Of a stretch of 64,000 nucleotides of DNA, positions 27,701 to 40,259 are shown piece after piece. The position numbers and the translations under genes were made by a program. Every line of letters starts with the position of its first letter. The stretch's first letter is position 1. Under the pieces are notes generated by a model, which was not told where the DNA came from, searched no databases, and worked only from the letters and a program-made list of their open reading frames with translations. The stretch comes from Anthoceros angustus (taxonomy: Eukaryota; Plantae; Anthocerotophyta). The stretch covers positions 186,001 to 250,000 of the forward strand of contig VJWM01000011.1 in NCBI GenBank assembly GCA_010909165.1, given 5' to 3'.

Positions 27701-30700
27701 CGCATGCTAATTGCCCGCCGAGGTAGAAATTGTGGCCTCCTTCATATGTGGAAGCCGTGAGGTAAAGTGGAGGAGCCTAAGGAGGAAATTGAGGAGGAAT
27801 CTGACCGGGAGTCCATGGCGAGTGCCCGAGGAAGAGAAGGAAATTTCTACCAAAGAAGAAGAGGAAGACCGGGAGTGTGGGTCCCAGAAAAGTGAAGGTG
27901 GACGCCACTGTCGGCAGTGCCGCCACAGTGAAAAAGCAAAGAAAATGAAAGCCAAACGGCATCGAGGTGGCGGAGGAAGAGGCGCGGTCCGAGGAAGAAA
28001 ATTTTGCCGACTGGATGCGGATGATGAGCCACCAGAGGAATTACGACCTCGTGAGCGGACCCCTCCTCAAAGATGGGAAGAGATTTTCAAGGGACTCCAC
28101 CGGCAACAGAGGTGGACGCATTAATTGGTGAGGGTGCGCACTTTGTTGGGAAGGAAGGTGCTCGACGGAGGATGGCGTCCGCACGGGCCGCCGCAATGTG
28201 GAATTGCTGTGAGCCGACGACATCGGCGATCCGGGCCCAAGCGGATTTGTTGGACCAAGCGGCCTTGGCTCTCACATGGCTCGGTGCAAGGCGGGAGGAA
28301 GTGGTGAAGGCGGGTTTGTGAAGGAGAAGCCAAGCAAGCAATCGGAGGAAGACAAGCGGCCTTAGAGGAGATAAGGATCAAGCTTCAGGAGGATTTGTGC
28401 AGGCCTGTGAGAAGCCGCAGCCATGACGAGTCACAGGAAGCGCCATGGCTCAAATCAAGGATGCCCACGAGTCAAACCAGAGATGCAGGAGAGCTACAGC
28501 CCTGGAGCAGGAGGCGGCCTCGTGGAGAAGGTCCATAAGTCGCGGAACGTATAAACGGAACGGATGAGGCACGTGGCCGAACCAAAAGAGAAGGGAAGCG
28601 AGGTGGGCCCGGCCGGGTGGTGAGGTGCGCACTTTGGGAAGGAAGGTGCTCGGCAGAGGATGGCGTCGGCAGGCGCCGCAGCAGGTGGAATTCTGAGGCG
28701 GCGACATCGATGATCCGGGCCCAGCGGTTGTTGGACCAAGCGGCCTTGGCTCTCACATGGCTCGGTGTGCAAGGCGGGGAGGAAGTGGTGAAGGCGGGTT
28801 TGTGAAGGAGAAGCCAGTATAGCTGGAGGAAGACAAGCGGCCTTAGAGGAGATAAGGATCAAGCTTGAGGAGGATTTGTGCGGGGCCGGGAGCTGCAGGC
28901 CATGGCAGTCGGCGAGGAAGCTCATGGCTCAAATCAAGGATGCCTGAGTCAAACCAGAGATGCGGGGAGGCTATTGCGAGCCCGGGGAGGCGAGGCGGCC
29001 TCGGTGGAGAAGGTCCATAAGGGAGCAGTATAAGCAGGAGCAGGATGAGGCACGTGGCCGAACGAGAAAAGAAGGGAGCGGTGGCGGGACTACGGCCGGG
29101 GTAGTGGAAGGCACTACCGAGGGAAGGACACAAAGGTAGTCAAACACCTACCACTACCGGACCAACGACGGTCGTGGAGACCACTGCCGTGGTAGCGGAA
29201 GCGGCAATGGACGGGGCGACAGGACGCGACGCGGCACCCCGCGAGGACATGGACCAGGCAACCAGGTGTAGTCTACGGGAGGGGGGGTAAGCACCTCTGC
29301 TACAGCAGGAGGTCGTATTATGTTGCGGCACATGGATGAGGAAACTTACGTGCCTGGTCTATATGTGAATGGGGAACGCGTGCTTAACTTCACTGTCCAT
29401 GTGCGTGTGGAAATAGGAGGGATCAGTCCTACCCATCGCAAGTGAGGACCAAGTGCATACTTCTACCATTGCGCCAGAGTGTGGGGATTGGCCCCTATTA
29501 TGCGGAGGCGACCTTGGAGGAGTTGAGTGAAGAGGAGGTCCGAGCTTGGGTGGATGAGGCGGTGGTAATCCTCGGCAATAGGCGGCCGGAAGAGGCGGAA
29601 GTTCCGGGGCGGTATGCCTCAATTAGGGCGTCCAGTGGCGGTGAGGTGGAAGTCACAGTGGGAAAACCCGTCGGATCGGTGGCGTGGCGGGAGGGCTCGT
29701 GGCGGCGGCGATGGAGGCGAAGGCGGCGGACGAGTCGGGGAGGCGCGGATAAGCGTAGGCAATAAGTGGTAGCATCCTAGGAAGGAAAATTTGAAGGATG
29801 CACTGGACCTAGATCGCTTAGAATTGTGGGTGCGTCCCTTGGTTTTAGGATCTAGAAACTGGGAAACGGGCGGCCGATGTATAAGAGGGGCAACTTTTGC
29901 CCACCACAGATAACTCCGGTTGAGATCCCCACCGTGGATGGTTGGAGACGTCCGATTAGCGGAGGTGGTGTGTGCGAGGCAGCTCACAGGAGTGGTCGAG
30001 AGCTTGCTCCATAGCGGGAGGAAGTGGTGAAGGCCAGTTTGAAGGAGAAGCCAGAAGCAATCGGAGGAAGACAAGCGGCCTTAGAGGAGATAAGGATCAA
30101 GCTTCAGGAGGATTTGTGCAGGCCTGAGAAGCCGCAGCCATGACGAGTCACAGGAAGCGCCATGGCTCAAATCAAGGATGCCCACGAGTCAAACCAGAGA
30201 TGCAGGAGAGCTATTGCGAGCCCAGAGCGTGAGGCGGCCTCGGTGGAGAAGGTCCATAAGTCGTGAACGGTATAAACGGAACGGATGAGGCACGTGGCCG
30301 AACGAGAAAAGAAGAGGCGAGGTGGCGGGACTACGGCCGGGGTAGTGGAAGGCACCGGAGGGAAGGACACAGCCAAGGTAGTCAAACACCTACCACACCA
30401 AAACGACGGTCGTGGAGACCACCGTGGTAGTAAGCGAATGGACGGGCGACAGACGCGACGCGCACCGCGAGGACATGGACCAGCAACGGTGTAGTCTACG
30501 GAGGAGGGGGTAAGCACCTCACCAGGAGGTCCTATTATGTTGCGGCACATGGATGAGGAAACTTACGTGCTCGGTCTATATGTGAATGGGGAACGCGGCT
30601 TAACTTCACCGCCCATGTGCGTGTGGAAATAGGAGGGATCAGTCCTACCCATCGCAAGTGAGGACCAAGTGCATACTTCTACCATTGCGCCAGAGTGTGG

Positions 30701-32075
30701 GGATTGGCCCCTATGCGGAGGCGACCTTGGAGGAGTTGAGTGAAGAGGAGGTCCAGCTTGGGTGGATGAGGAACCGTGGTAATCCTCAATAGGCGGCCAA
30801 GAGGCGGAAGTTCCGGTGGTATGCCTCAATTAGGACGCCCAAAGAAGGATGTGAGGTGGAAGTCCTGTGGGAAAACCCGCTGACCCGGTGGCGGAGGGCT
30901 CGTGGCGGCGGCGATGGAGGACGAAGGGCCAAAGTGACGAGTCGGGGAGGCGCGGATAGCGAGGCAATAAGGTGGTAGCATCCTAGGAAGGAAAATGAAG
31001 GATGCCCCATCGACCTAGATCGCTTAGAATTGTGGGTGCGTCCCTTTTTTTTTAGGATCTAGAAACTGGGAAACGGGGCGGCCGGCCGATGTATAAGAGG
31101 GGCAACTTTTGCCCACCACAACAGATAACTCCCGGTTGAGATCCCCACGCTGCCTGTGGATGGTTGGAGACGTCCGATCGACAGAGGTGGTGTGTGCGAG
31201 GCAGCTCACAGGAGTGGTCGAGAGCTTGCTCAACGGGAGGGAAGGAGGTGATGGAGCAATTTGCGACAGCGGAGGAAGCCAAGGGATCGGCCAGGCGGGT
31301 GGAGCTTGCTCATGCTTTCTGCGGGTTCTTCCCTCCTTCACCTTTAAACACAGTTGTGTTCGAAATCGGGGTTGTGTGAGTGCATGGTTGGTAGCTGTGG
31401 GCGAATTGAGGGAGGAGAGAGAGAAGAGATCGGGTGAAGGAGAGATCAAATCATGCTGATCACGAGGTGTGAGATCGTAAGTGGGAAGAGTAAAGTGAGC
31501 GAATTGGGCGTTAGCGATGGAGAGTGTGTGTGAATTGAGGAACTCAAACCGGTCTTTGGCGATGGAAAGTGCACAAGGAAAACAAAGTCTCTAGTAGAAA
31601 CCGTGTGGGGTGGCGCCCTACGTGTGTGTGTGTGTGTAAGGAGTAAGCGCGTGGTATCCTAGGACCTTTGGTCTCTAGGAATTGGTGGGTGCATGAAGTG
31701 TGGAGTGCCAAATAAAGTCCGATCTGTGAGCCTTGGTAGCTGCCGTGCTAGTCAGCGGCCTTGCGTCTGAGATGAGATGCTAGGGTTTGGTGTGGGACCC
31801 ACCTCGGTGATCGTGGTAACTACCGGTTGTGGAATGAGATTTTTGAGTGAAATGGGATTTGCGGTCGTTGGACAAGTCGGAAGGTAGTAGTAGCTGAGTA
31901 GATAGGTAAGAGGAGTGATAGCAGGTGAGCCCTGACTTAGGCAAAGGTCAGTAGTGATAGAGGTTAGCGTCTCTTGGCACAAACCATTCCCTTGGGAGCG
32001 AATCCTAGGCCTACAACGACATTGAGGGTGAATGTGGACCTCACGGTGTCCCTAGACACAAGGTTACACTCCACA
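24798..32075. mobile_element. Nested TG..CA insertion with a 5-bp TSD (ACACC) and no internal LTR pair: candidate very long solo LTR or deleted element carrying an accessory ORF
   Basis: Starts TGTAAACG, ends CTCCACA, with ACACC at 24793-24797 and 32076-32080. It contains several tandem duplications and an ORF ..LFLHEVVKGAKIDWGRILFEKLSEE..ISPFLVHLY. Confidence 0.85.
26961..27350 (+). pseudogene. Retroelement accessory ORF (plant-mobile-domain-like), duplicated at 27387-27710 and followed by acidic/coiled-coil coding relics
   Basis: KIDWGRILFEKL..SPFLVHLY resembles accessory ORFs of Athila/Tat-type elements. Family assignment is by eye only. Confidence 0.4.
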
Positions 32076-33334
32076 ACACCCATAACCAACCCCTTCACCC
32101 CTCTCAACAAAAACATAACTCACGGACAATCCCATTCAAGCTCACTTCATTCGATCCCCAAATCTAACTCTACTCGTAACGTCCTTTGCACGCCTCCCTT
32201 GCGGCACAACCGGGTGGCTAATTAGCAGGGTATTTCTCTCGGGCCGATTGTTGTGCACGAACACTGGCGCGTAGTCGAGCGCTACCACCGCAGTGGCCAA
32301 CCCACGAACACAAAGCACATCCACAACAATCTTTCACGAGAGGAGGGGCTGCGTCGAGCGAACCCGCGCGAGGGGCCTCGATCAACCTCACCTTCGCCTT
32401 CTCGCCGCCATGACGACGGTCAAACACACACACAAAGGAATGCGCCGGAGAGGCGAAGAATGCATGGCAAAGCAAGGTCTGGTGTTTATTCATTCTCCCA
32501 CCCTCCCTTTTATAGGTGGGGGAGTCGACTAGTCACTCGTGCCAGTTTAATGCTAGGGCGACTTGCCTAGTCCAACAATAGGACTCTTGTCAGCCCCCTT
32601 ACAGTTGTCCTCTCAGCTCAGTCCAGCTCACCTTGACCGGAATATCCTATCTGTCTGTACTGCCGCCACTCTTAAATACTCACACTTCCCAAGGTGCGCA
32701 CCACTTGGGACAAAACGTCCTACCGAAAAGGTCCTGACGCCCCACGTCACGCTTTTGTTCGCCTTGCTTCAATGTCTTCCCCGACGGGTCGCTTAGCCTT
32801 ATCCACCTCCAGTCTTCACGGGACTACGGTAGCACCGCCTTCCTTCTTGAGCGCAACTCCACTTACTCCCTGTTGACTGCCCAGGTTCGCTGGCCCGTTC
32901 AAACCACGGCTAACCGGATTTGCGGTACATGCAACCGCTTAATTGCGCTCCTCCGGGATGGTCGCCATGTGTCCGTCCAAAACTCCTGACTACTTTCTAT
33001 TTACAAATTAACTAGCCCTATTTGGCATATATAGCCATGCAGAACCTAAATACTTGAGGCCAAGGAACTTCTTATCCCCGAATATTCTTACTTCCCATGG
33101 TCCAAGGAACTTTATGGAACCTATCATGCTTATAGACGCTCCTATCTACTCCTACTTCCTCTGGGATCGAAGCAGACTCGATTAAGGCCGAACTTTCCTG
33201 GACGTCCCACCGCCTTCCTACCTGTTCCTATCGACCTACCTACTACCTACCTGCCTGAACAACAGCTACCCATCCTACGCGTCAGTCTCTCCTGCCGCGT
33301 CTTGGGTGACCAAAAGTCTTCGTTCCACATACGT

Positions 33335-33900
33335 GTAGGGGGATGGGTTTGGGTCTGGAACTCCTGGCGTCGCTGCTCTGGATATACCACGCTTCTCCAC
33401 ACCGCCCGCCGTTGCTTTGGTCGTGCTTGCCTTTGCAGAACTGCCCGACCCCGCCTTTGTTCCTCCTCTCCCCGCTCCCCCAACAACATGCTCCTCCGGC
33501 TGCAATGATTGGCTCCCCAGCCAGCACCCGCAATCTGTCGGGGTGGATCTTCTACAGCAACTTCTGCATCCTTCTGTTTCTTCCCTTTCTTCTGCCTTCG
33601 GGGCTTCTCCAGTAGGGCACCATGTGGCGGTCCAATGTCCGGCAGGTCCTTTTTGCTTCGGCGTCCGCTCGCCATGTCCTGCGCCCAACAAGCATCATCA
33701 AATCCAGGAACTGGAGGACCAAATCCACAGCTTTGGGAAGAAAGACACCTCTCCGTCGATGAGCACGTCCGAGAAAACGTTGGGGAGCTTGCAGGCGATG
33801 GCGTCCTCGCGAGAATTCGCACATCGTTGTGCCTCAAACACCAAATGTTCCACGCGACAGAGCCTCCATTACGCCGTTATGCGTGCGTATTCACGTAACT
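33335..33900 (-). pseudogene. 5' part of the GNH/ParB-like gene interrupted by the Gypsy element
   Basis: The basic, low-complexity frame ..KRGISRAATPGVPDPNPSPYTY continues in frame into 13080 and below once the element and one TSD are removed. Confidence 0.5.
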
Positions 33901-34739
33901 CGGGCTTGGGCGGGGAGGGCATGCGGCTCTCATTAAACCCTAATTGGGAAGTGGACCTTAAGAAACCCGCGTTCATCACGCCCGAGTCACCCTAATGATC
34001 CAGCCGTCGTTTTTGAATAAATGAAGCGGTCCTGACGTACCATGCGGCATAGCTTTTTTGGGCCGTCATTAGTTCCGGCAAGAGCACATTGGCTGTAGCG
34101 TATCTGTGTAGGATTCTCAAATCACTCATTTCCTATTTTAACGACCTTGAGCTCTTTTGATGGCGGGGATGAACAAAGAGCGAAGCTCATTGGAGTCCTG
34201 TGGAGGCGATTGGGCCGGCGACCTTCCGGAGCTACAACATCGCAACCATGTTGCAGGCCACGCACTCAAGAGGCGGCCGAGGTAATGCTTTTTGTTCACC
34301 GCTTGGTGAGCATTATCCGCCTAGCTTGCGTTCAATTGGCATTCTGGTGAACATGTTGAGTCCTTAGGAGATGAAGTGCGGGAAGGAGATGATGCTTCCG
34401 AGTTCATGAGAGTACTTGATTCCCTCGAGAAGAGAGGCAAGCCGGTGGCACCCACGATCGGAATGGGCAGCTGTTTCATCTTCCTTTTAGCATCGAGTAG
34501 GATTCGCATTCATTGTTGTCACATCTTTGCGAAGTTCTTGCTAATTTGTCGGTCAATGTGGTGTCATGTGTTCGTCCGTAATGCTATGTTGTGCTTGGTG
34601 CAGTCCTGGTGGCGAAGGACTCACCAGCATTCCGTATGCTTGATATGTACCCCAACTTCAAGGAACTTGAACATGTACTCACCATGCAAAAAGTCTGTGC
34701 GAGGAGGATCGCCGTGGCATAAGAAGGAATCAGCGCCGC

Positions 34740-37700
34740 AGGATTGTTCAACCCGTGACGGTGGACATGGGGGAGCTCCCAATGGAGAGGACGGGGATGT
34801 ATTTCAGACACCTCCACCGAATTACGAGGCTGGAGTGGGTGGCAATGCCATCACATACCATCCCAAGCCTATTTGCGAGACATTACAACCTAGCAGCGAT
34901 GCGGGGTTTTGTGTTCAGAAGCGGCGGCAGGCGTTTCGCTGAAGAAGAGCGAGGGAGATACTGTGCAGGAAGATTTCCGCAAGCCTTGTTGCAACAAACT
35001 ATGCATCCCCAAGTTTACGAAAGAAGCTTTCCAAGAGCAACAGCAGTCAGTTCTTGAGGATGGGGGCAGCAGGAGACCTTTCTGCAATCTCTTGCGTCCT
35101 AATTTCGAGGCCAAAACAAGAGACAAGGTTTATACTCACCTCATGGGACAAGCTCTAATGCAATGCTGTTTAAAGGCCTTTAGACGAGTATACTGCATAG
35201 GATCAGCAAGGTACAAGGAGTTGAAGCATAGGGTCCTTGTAGATGCACCTTGGGATGCGAACAAGGCAAGCCCTTGTGTGCAATCCTCCCATGCTCTGGG
35301 TGCAATTGCTCGGATGGAGTCCACTTTCCTCCACTTAGCAGTGCGGTTGCCAAATGTGGAGGTATATAACCTACCAAACAATTTCACGCATCTTGAGTTG
35401 TGGACACAGTACAAGATTGGAATGGAGCATGAAGGACTACATTTTGTTTGAAATGCATACTTCTTGCGGTTGTGAGATCAGAATTTCAAGCGTGTTAAGA
35501 TACCAAAGTCCAACAGTTCTCAACTTGTTCATTATGCGGGTTGAAGTGCAACATACGGGCACCGATGTCAAGTGACCAAGGTAGGCCCCTCCTCCGTAAT
35601 TGGTTTTCTCGAGTTGTTGAAATGAGTCGGAAAAGATGGAGTTGTGGGATGGACTGCATGGCGCAATGGCGGCGAGATGCCGGCGGAGATGGTCTCGCTG
35701 CAACAGGCCGGATGGGCACAGGCAACATGAACCGTGATGCTCCCGGCTGTATGGCGCATGGGCTTCGGCATGGCTGCGAGGTGCTCCATGCTTCAAGGCG
35801 CATGGGCGCAGGCATGCCGGCGCCCATGCGCCCTCTTCGATGGCGATGGGGCGCCGGCATGCGGCGCCCCGCCGCACATGGTCGCCGGCATGCCGGCGCC
35901 CATGCGCCCTCTTCGATGGCGATGGGCGTCGTCATGCGGCGCCCATGCGCCATCTTCGTGGCATAGAGGCGCGGCATGCGCCATGCGCCATCTTCGAGCA
36001 TAGAGGCGCGGCATGAGGCGCTAACTCGGCATGCTTGCGTGGGCGCGGCATGCGGCGCCCCCAGGCCACAAGCAAGGCGATGGCATGCCTCGCGCTCACA
36101 TTCCTTAGCGGGCTCTAAAGTAAGGCGGAGGTCGCCGGCATGCGCCCCACAATGTCCGGTGACATGGCCGCATGCCGGCGCCTGCATCGAAGAGGCGCAT
36201 GGGCGCGGCATGCCGGCGCCCATGCGCCATCTTCGTGGCATAGAGGCGGCATGCCGCTTATCCAGCACGCACGCCGTGGCCGTGATTTTGCTGCCACCCC
36301 GCCGGCACATTCCGTGTAGCCTCCCATGTGGTATGGTGCGGTGGAAAAGCAAGCCGCATGAGTGCCGGCATGCGCCACGCATGAACGCCGTTGCCGCCGC
36401 CCATGTTTAGTATATATGCCGCCGTTATTGATCTCTATTCAATGTCATTTACGCTTTGGATTTTGTACTGTATGATGGCATATGACATTCGATTGTGTCC
36501 AATCATCACTGATGGCTTCTTTTGGTATATTTCATGGTCGGCCGCATCTCTGACCGTATTGTAGTGATGCAATACAGCCTTGTACCAAGAGGCATTGAAC
36601 AAGCATCGTATACGATTGATGGAGGAAAGGAAGAAGTTGACCAAGCATCGCTCAAAATCGTACAAGGAGCCTCATAAATATATGTTATTATCAATCGATT
36701 GTATGGACCAGAAGAAAACTTCACTCCCGCATATTTTGAGGTGGCCAAAGGACTTGAAAGAGGATAGTTGAATCACAAGACATGTGGTGGGCTGCTTGAT
36801 ACATAACTACACATTCAAAGCGGCCTATCGCATTATGCAAATTTAGCAAATGATGCAAACGACAATAACCATTATCCAGATGTTATACATACCTATGCAG
36901 GATTACTTCCCAAGGTGTTATATCTGATTGGACAACACATGTAGGGAGAACAAGAACCAGCTTTTATTTGCGTATTTGAACATGCTTGTGGAACTCGGGA
37001 CGTTTGAGAAAGTGAAGGTTGGTTTCCTTCTTGTCGGGCATACACACGACTGTGTAGATCAAATGTTCTCTTGTTTCTCCAAGCATTTAAAGCATAAAGA
37101 GGCCAGTCCTTACCTACAATGCAAGAAATTTTGAGGAGTCATTCACGCCAAATCCAGAGGTAATGTGTTGTGAGGTTGCCGACTTAGGTCATTCGTGTGG
37201 CCTATAGGAGCGAGGATTGACGGCGGAAATACATACGTGCGGAAGTTGAACAACCTATCATTTCAACACCGTTCAAAATCACACGGAAGACAAAGTCGGC
37301 GGAAAGGTAATCATTGAGTAAGCGATTACTCTACCTCGCCATTGTGGGAATCCAAGATGGGCTGGAGTTTTGTCTCATGTTCGAGGGCTCATCGGCCCGA
37401 CTCCTTGATGGCACTGGGCAAAAGACAAAAGGGAAGTGAGGCGGTCTTAACGCACGTGAAGGCGTGGATCACTTGAAGAAAGGATTGATAAAGCTACCAA
37501 CTTATTTGACTCTGCGGAGGAAGAATGGTGGAGTTTGGAATGATCAAGTTGAAATCGCAAATATAGTAGACCATAACATTGGACTTGTCCTGCATAACCC
37601 CTGGAGATGGTACGGCAGGCGTGGTGAGCACACGTTCCTCCAATGCAGATACCGGAAGAAGCTATTGGATGAGGCTTTATTGCGCGACATACCACAAAGG

Positions 37701-38060
37701 GCCATGTACAGGGGCCTATCAAAGTATCGAACGCCAGGAGGAGGAAATGGAGAGGATGAATGGCAATATCCTGGAGATAGAGAAAGGAATGTTCATTGTG
37801 ACGCCGTGTGAAGGCGACACACACAACATGGCGTTTAAGGTAGCGAAGGTTGTTAGTGTCCACCTCGCGGCACCGAAACCCTATATACTTGTGCACTGGT
37901 GGCGAACGGACCACACCGATGCTTACGAGGGCAAATATGTTGGGGAGTATTTATTGAGGAGTGAAATGGACGAGCCACTGCGAAAAGCGAGGAAAGTGCG
38001 ACCTCCAAACATCCAAAAGTTGTCAGAAAACCGTTATAGTATACTATGGTTTTAAACTAA
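34740..38060 (+). mobile_element. Intron-containing DDD-type transposase, Sola1-related / DUF7869-like, frameshifted
   Basis: N-terminal KPCCNKLCIPKF; HRIRLMEERKKLTKHRSKSYKEPHKYMLLSIDCMDQKKTSLPH; RHVVGCLIHN; LDNTCRENKNQLLFAYLNMLVELGTFEKVKVGFLLVGHTHDCVDQMFS; C-terminal IEKGMFIV..FKVAKV..VHWW. The superfamily label is tentative. Confidence 0.8.
35750..36410. repeat. GC-rich palindromic array (GGCGCCGGCATGCCGGCGCC family) in the transposase intron
   Basis: Many ggcatgccggcgcccatgcgcc units lie between a donor gtaggc at 35581 and resumption of coding near 36570. A short further copy lies at about 38625-38690. Confidence 0.9.
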
Positions 38061-40259
38061 CTTCCGAAACATCATGCGCATAGCGGATAAAAAGCTATAA
38101 AGGAAAAGGCGAGTGCTCTCCGAATGCACCTCCACCATGCACTTCCAATGAGGCGATGGAGAGTGACAATGATGGTAATAGCGTCATTGAAGGAGGGTGA
38201 GGGTCTCGATTCAGGCGAGGAGTAATGTCATTAGTTTTGGATTTGGGAATAAGTGTGGAACAACTCCGCACCTAGTTTCATGATAACATGCCGCGACTGG
38301 ATTATAGTTTCATGATAACATGCCGCGACAATATATTACTTTCTCTTGAAATCTGTTTTGTTAAGACAAACGTGTGACATCATGCCGGCATTGAGTTCCT
38401 TCCAAACCTCGCCTTCTATTGTGGACATGCTTCCGTCAGGCCGCAATACCATCCCGACATGTATGGTTGCCTTTCACTAGTGAAAATCCCTTACTGTATA
38501 TGACGCATTTAGGCGTTGATGAGCATTGACTGACACTGTTTCACAATCCACCAGCTGCATGTCGTAATCATGATCCAATAATGACGCTATCAATGTTGAT
38601 GTAAACTTGATCCAACTCCACTGGCTGGGCGCTGGCATTCCGGTTGGACGACTGGGCGCCGGCATGCCGGCGCCCATGCCACCCACAACAGCCGCGTTCA
38701 CGCGTTACAACATTATTTCAAAGACCGGGCAGATGGCACTCCTTAGTTCCAGGAATATGATTTCAAACACATCGCCGCCATCTTGTTTACAATGATTGGA
38801 ATGAATGGCACCAGAAAATCCTGGAGGCAAGTATTTTGCACCCGCAAGGATGGGGAGCCCACATGGGTATTATTCCTCGTAAGTTGCATGCTGCGAAAAC
38901 GGTACCACTGTTCTTCTAGTGGTCTGGTGGAAAGGAAGATGCCATGACTATGATTTAAACCCGTTTTTTCAATGCGAATTTGGCAATTACATCCCAAAAG
39001 AGATATTCCGACAACCATCAAAAACACCCTTCCCAGTTTAAAGACCCTCGGAGCCGCTTGGTGTATATTCAGCCGCTTCAAATATTATGCTGTTTCAATT
39101 CTCAATATTAATGCATACCATAGACGCTTGAACACGTTTAAGCCCTCCTTGATGACTTTTCCTTTTTCCTGAGAAGAAATACCACGAGTCCCGAGTTCCA
39201 CACCACACTGACACAAGACCTTACCCGGCCATAGTCCTCCATGCATATCCAGCTTGTCATGCTTTCAATAGATAGGTGATAGCTCTTGGACGTTAGGGAG
39301 GGAAGAAACGAGCGAGTTGTAGGGCTGGACCTGTAGCTTTCGGTTTCAAGAAGCAAGTCCAGATTTAAGCAGTGTTTCCTCTGGTCAAATGATTTCTAGG
39401 ATTTTTGGCGTACGACATTTGTGTTCTGTCTTCCTGACCAGGCCAGGCTGGGACAGGATGTCGCTCACTTAAATCGAACCCGAGGCTTGCCCTTATTTTA
39501 CAATGACAGTAGATAAAGCCAAAGGTAGCTCACAATAGCAACAGCTGGTGCCAAACTGCTAATTGAAATTTTCGATATTGAAACGCGGATTAGATTGCAC
39601 GTCACGCATCACCGACAGCAGAAAAATGTCTGTAAGTGCGTGTTGTCCTTTTGGTTGTGCAGGATGGTTGCTGTTGTTGCAGGACTTTCAATGGCGGTTA
39701 GGCGTAACAGCAGCAAATGACGAGGTTCAGGCTGTGGGAACTTGCTTTGTGCAGCTGAAGCTTCTGCTGGATGATGCTTCCAAGTACCTGCAATCGCTCA
39801 ATCACCTTGAACTCAAGTCAGTGAATGGTTTCGGGTCGTGGCAACTTTTTTGTGGACGCTGAGGCACCGCCGAGAGAGGAGCGGCATGTTTGCTAGCAAG
39901 GATGAAACATGACTGAGGGGTTCATTGTTTTCCTTCTTTGCCTGCTACCGTGTGTCCGGTCTTCGTTCTTGGTTGCAACAAGAAAGTGGTGGATGGGAGA
40001 GACGTCCTGTGGGCTAATGGTCGGAATATTGGGTTGCCATTCTGCTATGTCATACCTCCACAGCCGAGAGCGGGGGTTGAACAGTGCTCAGTTTCCCGCC
40101 TAATGTGCTGCCCCCTCTCTAATACGACCTTATAGCCTCCCTCCGAAAACCACTTAAAACCAGCTGCCGGTTAGAAGTGGGCACGACACCGACACGACAA
40201 ATCCGGCCCAACCCAACCGGGCCTCAGTCCACGCTCTCCCGTAGCCGCCGCTAGGATAG

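Larger units (their letters stand above)
13081..33329 (-). mobile_element. Full-length Ty3/Gypsy LTR retrotransposon (non-chromovirus, Athila/Selgy/Phygy-like)
   Basis: TG..CA termini, TACGT target-site duplication at 13076-13080 and 33330-33334, paired LTRs of about 1.5 kb, PBS, PPT, and domain order gag-PR-RT-RH-INT with no chromodomain seen. Confidence 0.95.
24513..33329 (-). repeat. 5' LTR, split by a nested insertion (24513-24797 plus 32081-33329, about 1534 bp)
   Basis: Matches the 3' LTR on both sides of the break at ..acgacacacc|cataacc... Confidence 0.92.

Noticed and set aside
31605-31630. tggcgccc as a second PBS inside the nested insert
   Set aside because: It is not preceded by an LTR end in CA, and no matching LTR pair or tRNA complement could be confirmed.
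35437-36410. Multiple overlapping Ala/Arg/Pro-rich ORFs on both strands (also 11748-12256)
   Set aside because: They are stop-poor artefacts of the GC palindrome arrays.
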